Origin: Octopus vulgaris
Lineage: Eukaryota
DNA length: 64,000 nt
Direction of reading: 5' to 3'
Assembly: GCA_951406725.2 (NCBI GenBank)
Contig: OX597824.1
Coordinates: 93,496,001-93,560,000 of the forward strand
Shown here: positions 55,356 through 64,000 of the stretch, piece after piece
Position numbering within the stretch: position 1 is the stretch's first letter
How the letters are laid out: every line of letters begins with the position of its first letter
Notes under the pieces: model-generated
What the model saw: only the letters and a program-made list of their open reading frames with translations
Database searches by the model: none
Told to the model about the DNA's origin: nothing
Position numbers and translations under genes: made by a program

Positions 55356-55687
55356 ATATTTTTTAAATGTCTTACTTTGAAAAATTGCATTCGGTGGGAT
55401 TAGTAATATTTTTTGGTAGAAATGACTAATTGTCCCTCTTAGCGTTTGGCATGTATATATAATGCCTTCTGGCATGTATGTATAATGCCCTCTATATATA
55501 AATTAATATGTTCAATAAGAAATAATTATTTTCGAAATTTTTTCTCTTATGAGGTTTTTACGCTATCTACCTGACAATTTCTTGTTAAGTTTTCCTTATT
55601 AAGTAGTTGTCCTTAATTGCTATATATATATATATATATTATGTTTATATATATGAGTATACATATATAGGTATGTATATATGTTAC

Positions 55688-55829
55688 ATAGCGGTTCGGC
55701 AAAAGAGACCGATAGAATAAGTACTGGGCTTACAAAAGAATAAGTCCCGGGGTCGAGTTGCTCGATTAAAGGCGGTGCTCCAGCATGGCCGCAGTGAAAT
55801 GACTAAAACAAGTAAAAGAGAAAAAAGAG

Positions 55830-55830
<1 letters not shown>
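55688..55830 (+). mobile_element. SINE family B, 3' part
   Basis: tagcggttcggcaaaagagaccgatagaataagtact...gtaaaagag. Similar fragments lie at ~50990-51140 (+) and ~59700-59826 (-). Confidence 0.88.
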
Positions 55831-55881
<51 letters not shown>

Positions 55882-55979
55882 AGTGTTTTTATGTGTTTGT
55901 TTTTCTCTCTGCAGCTTTCTGTCCTTCTGCCTATCTCTCTCCCTCTTTCTCTTCTCTTTTTTCTCTTTCTCTATTTCTT

Positions 55980-56026
<47 letters not shown>

Positions 56027-56631
56027 CTCCCTGTATTTTCTTCGTGTATACTTACCTATTTACCTATGTATAACTCTGCATAAGTGAGCACCAGTGACGA
56101 GACCTTATCTGCTTGCGTCATCCTTTATTTCATTAAGAAATCTACGTAGAAAACTGATCCTCCATTTTCTCAATCAGCCTTTTCGTTAAAAGTTTAATCT
56201 GCAATAAACCAACCATTTTGTTCTATTTCATTTTGTCTTTTACGCAATCCATTGCGCTCTCCTTCATTAAAATTACTACAAATCTTTGCGCTATTGGAAC
56301 GTTTTAAGCGTTCGCAATCTCTGCAGAAGACACATCTTAGAAGGAAAAATCTAATTCTCTTACTTATATTTAAAGTGAAATGTAATTTCGCTTTGACAAA
56401 GATCTTAACTATTGCATCACGAAATTTCGCCTACTAAACGAACAAAGTCTGAAAAGTAATTAAAAAATAAGTTGTAAAGAAGAGGGAAAAAAAGAGAAAA
56501 GAACAAATAAAGTACATTGTATTTATGAAGCCGAGAAAAGATTTTGCGGAATCTTCAAGAAAACATGAATGGGGTTTGCACAAAATTTCAAGGAAAATAC
56601 TGAAATGTGTATGTACATAAACTCACCCAGT

Positions 56632-56669
<38 letters not shown>

Positions 56670-56954
56670 GCACACAAACAAATACACATACATATACACA
56701 CACACGTATATGTGTGTGTGTGTAAGTATGTTTGTATATGTTCATATTTATGCATAGAAACATGCAATTATACATACATGAGTGTACATGTATGAGAGTG
56801 TATAGACGTATAGACATGCGTGTGTGTGCGTGTGTGCTTGTGTGTATTACGTGTGTTTATATGTACATGTGATTATGCTCTCCTACATATATACATATAT
56901 ATATATATATATATACATATGACTAGAATGCATACAAATGACGAATATATATAT

Positions 56955-57001
<47 letters not shown>

Positions 57002-57068
57002 TACATATCTATAATTATGCCTATGTATATATTTATATGCCGAGAGTAAGTATACATATAAATATGTG

Positions 57069-57189
<121 letters not shown>

Positions 57190-57669
57190 TTATGTCAGTT
57201 TGTCTGTGTGTAGTTATGGGGAGAGTATAAGTGACATACAGAGAGAGAGAGTGTGTGGGAGAGAGAAGGAGAGAGGAGAGAGAGAGAGAGAGAGAGAGAG
57301 ACCATTGCTTGAAAGACTGAAAGGAAAAGTCTAATACAAAAAAAAACACACAATACAAAACAAAAAGAAAAGACGAAAGACAAAAGAAGTGCGAAATAAT
57401 ATATAAGAATACATAAATGCGTTTGAAAAGGAAACGAAAAAAATATGAAAAGCTTCAAATTGTCTGCTGCATAAAAGAGTAAACGATGAAAAGACAGAAA
57501 AATTAACAATCACAGAACGACGACAACAGCAACAAGACGAAGAAGAACAGTTAAAAGTATGAACGTCTAAGACACTAATAATGGCGACCAAAAGGAAAAG
57601 AAGAAAAGAAAAACAAAGATAACGGCAGGAATAGAAAGGTTTATGTGCTTATAAACATTAACAACAGGC

Positions 57670-57711
57670 GTAATGACGATGGTAATAATGATGATGATGA
57701 TGATGATGATG

Positions 57712-57747
<36 letters not shown>

Positions 57748-57840
57748 GTAAAAATAATAATAATAATGATAATGATAATAATAATAATAAAAATAATAAT
57801 CAGAGGAAGAATGTTAGAAATAGTAATAATAATGATAAGG

Positions 57841-57884
<44 letters not shown>

Positions 57885-57899
57885 TATTATTATTATTAT

Positions 57900-57951
<52 letters not shown>

Positions 57952-58071
57952 GTAGTAGTAGTAATAACTACAACTACAGCAACAATAATAATAATAATAA
58001 AAATAATAATTATAACAGTGAGAATACTATTACTAATGACAATAGTGGTGATGATGATCATAATGATGATG

Positions 58072-58126
<55 letters not shown>

Positions 58127-58130
58127 AGAT
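57670..58130. repeat. Compound trinucleotide microsatellite (AAT/GAT/TAT/AGT)
   Basis: Directly visible. Representative of dozens of simple-repeat tracts across the window. Confidence 0.95.
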
Positions 58131-59827
58131 TCAATTTATTAGCTACAAAGGGTTGCCGACTTTGGGGACACAACAAAGGCGAAATACAAAGGAAAAATAA
58201 CAAATATGAGACAAAGGGCGGCGGTATTTTGTATTGAGGGGAAATCGGGTGAGGTCAACTATAACAATAATGACGCATTAACATGTGAATGAATGAATAA
58301 TTGATGGAGAGAAGGAATTAGTGAACGAATATATACGTTTTTAAGGCCCCAGGGCGATGAGCCTGAAACAGAAGTATCATTCCTCACCGCACACAGCGAT
58401 CGCGTACGGTAACTACACAACCTGCGACGATCTTTGCCTTCTGTTTCTTTTACATTCTGATTATTTTCTGGTAGAAAAGGGCTCCCAATTTTTCCCGCCA
58501 CCATCTACAGAATTTGACTCACCGAGAAACTTCATATCACCTGGATTGTTTGATACAACAAGGCCACTGTAATCCTGTATTGGCGTCAGCTCGGCATCGA
58601 TGTAGAGCTTCTTTGGGATTTTCGAGAAAGAATTTGGGCATGTGTCAGCAAATATATTCTACGGGTAGGAACCGGGTTACGTTTTGCTATCCATGAGAAA
58701 GACATAATTATATCGCACACTTCTTCATTTACAGCGGAGACATCATCAGGAGAAACTACGTCCGGTTTCGGCCCCTACTCCTCTACCATTTTTGACGTGG
58801 TGGGCCCCCCTTTCGGGGGTGTCTTCAGCTCTAGTGTTGAATGAATTTCTTCTTTCTTCTTCTTTCTTCTGTTCCCTGGCCTCTTCGATGCAGCGTCAAC
58901 GATTGTCAGCGGGCGACTGACCATCCTGCCAAATTTTCCTTTAATTACTCGCTGGTAGGCTCCAGGAGCCAGCACCAGCTAACTCTCACGTGACATTGTC
59001 TAAACTTCGACTATCCAATAAAGGGTGACATCATCTACAGAATTTGACTCACCAAGAATCTTCATATCACCTGGATATGCTCTCTCATGAGAGGGACATA
59101 ATTTCTCGCTCACCTCTTCGTTTATAGCGGTGCTTGGAAGTAGAGTACGCAGAGCGTGGTAGTCGCATGCGCCCAGTGTGTGGAATTTATGGCGTTTAAA
59201 CTTTGGTAAGAGGAAAAAGTCACAAGAGGTAAGATGTGAGGAATATGGTGGTTGTCAGACCTGCAGAATGTTACGATTGACCAAAAACTGATGCAAAAAC
59301 TGCTCTGAAGGGATATGTACAAATTTCCAATAACCGGGCGCATGCCTTGACAAAACTGAAACCACGGTAAGTCCAACCACTACTGTAAATTATGAAAGTG
59401 AGCGAGGACATTATAACTTGTGTGCACGCGCAACAGTGTTCAAGGTCAATCTTTGCGAAGTATCTTCGTAGATAGCGGTCTCGTTCATGGTGCTCCCTCC
59501 TCTTAGTTCGAAGGCTTGTACCACCAAACACCTGGCCGGCTGTGGCTGCTGGAACTGAAATTAGCACGACGCAGTTGGCAGGCAGGCAGGCTTAGAGAGG
59601 GCGCGTGCTAATATTACGCGCCCTTCTCCTCCATTGGTCAGCTGAAGTTTAGACAGTGTCACGTGACAACTAGCTGGTGCAGTCTGCTGGAGCCTACGCG
59701 CTTTTACTTTTTCACTTTCTTAACTCTTTTACTCTTTTATTTGTTTCAGTAATTTTGACTGCGGCTATGCTGGAGCACCGTCTTTAGTCGACCAAATCGA
59801 CCCCAGGACTTATTTTTTGTAAGCCTT

Positions 59828-62871
<3,044 letters not shown>

Positions 62872-63431
62872 TATTCCATCTACGTACCTTTACTTTCACT
62901 ATTAATCGATACATCACAGTACATTATTGCAGACGCTAGTACATACATACATAACGTTAAGCAGCATTTCGTTATATGACTCTATACGACTTCAAATGTG
63001 CGTGCTTATTTGATAATTACTATATCCATTTATTAATTTCCATGTATATAAATCCAAGCGATGCAACTAATGTCCTATTCACATCTATTTCATATTGTCT
63101 AGGGTAATTATAAACCTTACGTATTGTTACAAAAGCAAGAGTTTTATGTTGTTAAATGAAGAGTAAATCATTATAAATTTAGTTTACAGTCGAGGTTGGT
63201 GCGTCTGTCATGGAAATCTGCCTCTCTCTGTTTTATCTCGCTTATAGCGTCTTTACTTCTCTCGTTTTGTTCAAACTGTCTTTTCTTACGGCGTATTAAA
63301 GTATTAATGAAATAGAATATATATATATATATATATATAATATAATGATATTTATATATATATGTGTATAAATATATATATATACATATATATATATACA
63401 TAAATATCTACATATATTTACGTATATATAA

Positions 63432-63510
<79 letters not shown>

Positions 63511-63513
<3 letters not shown>

Positions 63514-63764
63514 AGGCGCAATGGCCCAGTGGTTAGGGCAGCGGACTCGCGGTCGTAGGATCGCGGTTTCGAATTCCAGGCCGGGCGTTGTGAGTGTTTA
63601 TTGAGCGTAAACACCTAAAACCTCCACAAGGCTCCGGCAGGGTGCGGTGATCCCTGCTGTACTCTTTCTCCCACTCCTTCTTCTGTTGGCCTACTCGCTT
63701 AGCCAGCGAACGCATTGTGACCAGCGATGTGTAACAACATCTGATGGTCTGGTCGGTCACGTGA
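63511..63764 (+). mobile_element. tRNA-derived SINE family D
   Basis: A box TGGCCCAGTGG, B-box-like GTTTCGAATTCC, and a 3' stem-loop gtgacc...ggtcac. Confidence 0.85.
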
Positions 63765-63798
63765 GTATATATATATATAATACGTATATATAAATATA

Positions 63799-63833
<35 letters not shown>

Positions 63834-63868
63834 CGTATATATAATATATATACATATATATATATGTA

Positions 63869-64000
<132 letters not shown>

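Larger units (their letters stand above)
55074..55503. mobile_element. Perfect palindromic (fold-back) element, 209-bp arms, 12-nt spacer, in a TA tract
   Basis: 55074-55282 is the exact reverse complement of 55295-55503 (checked by eye). Spacer is ATAAACAACGCA. Confidence 0.92.

Overview
AT-rich eukaryotic DNA saturated with (TA)n, (CA)n, (TAGA)n, (TACA)n, (TAG)n and (AAT)n microsatellites and with many copies of about five tRNA-derived SINE families. This repeat landscape resembles an octopus (coleoid cephalopod) genome, which is an inference. Nearly all ORFs in the supplied track are microsatellite translations. The recognisable protein-coding remnants are all transposon-derived: a 5'-truncated CR1/L2-group LINE reverse transcriptase (393-1470), an R4/Dong-like RT relic (~28090-28545), a broken DD37D/maT-type Tc1-mariner transposase (~52540-53611) and zinc-knuckle ORF1 relics. 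The strongest signal is a set of short non-coding elements in or beside (TA)n tracts that carry type I hammerhead ribozyme folds of the Penelope type. The best is a perfect 430-bp palindrome (55074-55503, 209-bp arms) with one complete hammerhead on each strand. Weaker signals suggest one or two small multi-exon genes for secreted peptides on the + strand: a micro-exon series at 2837-4648, and a CRE-TATA-Inr promoter near 38760 followed by candidate exons up to 50152. No CRISPR arrays, rRNA or true tRNA genes were seen. All folds and alignments were made by eye.
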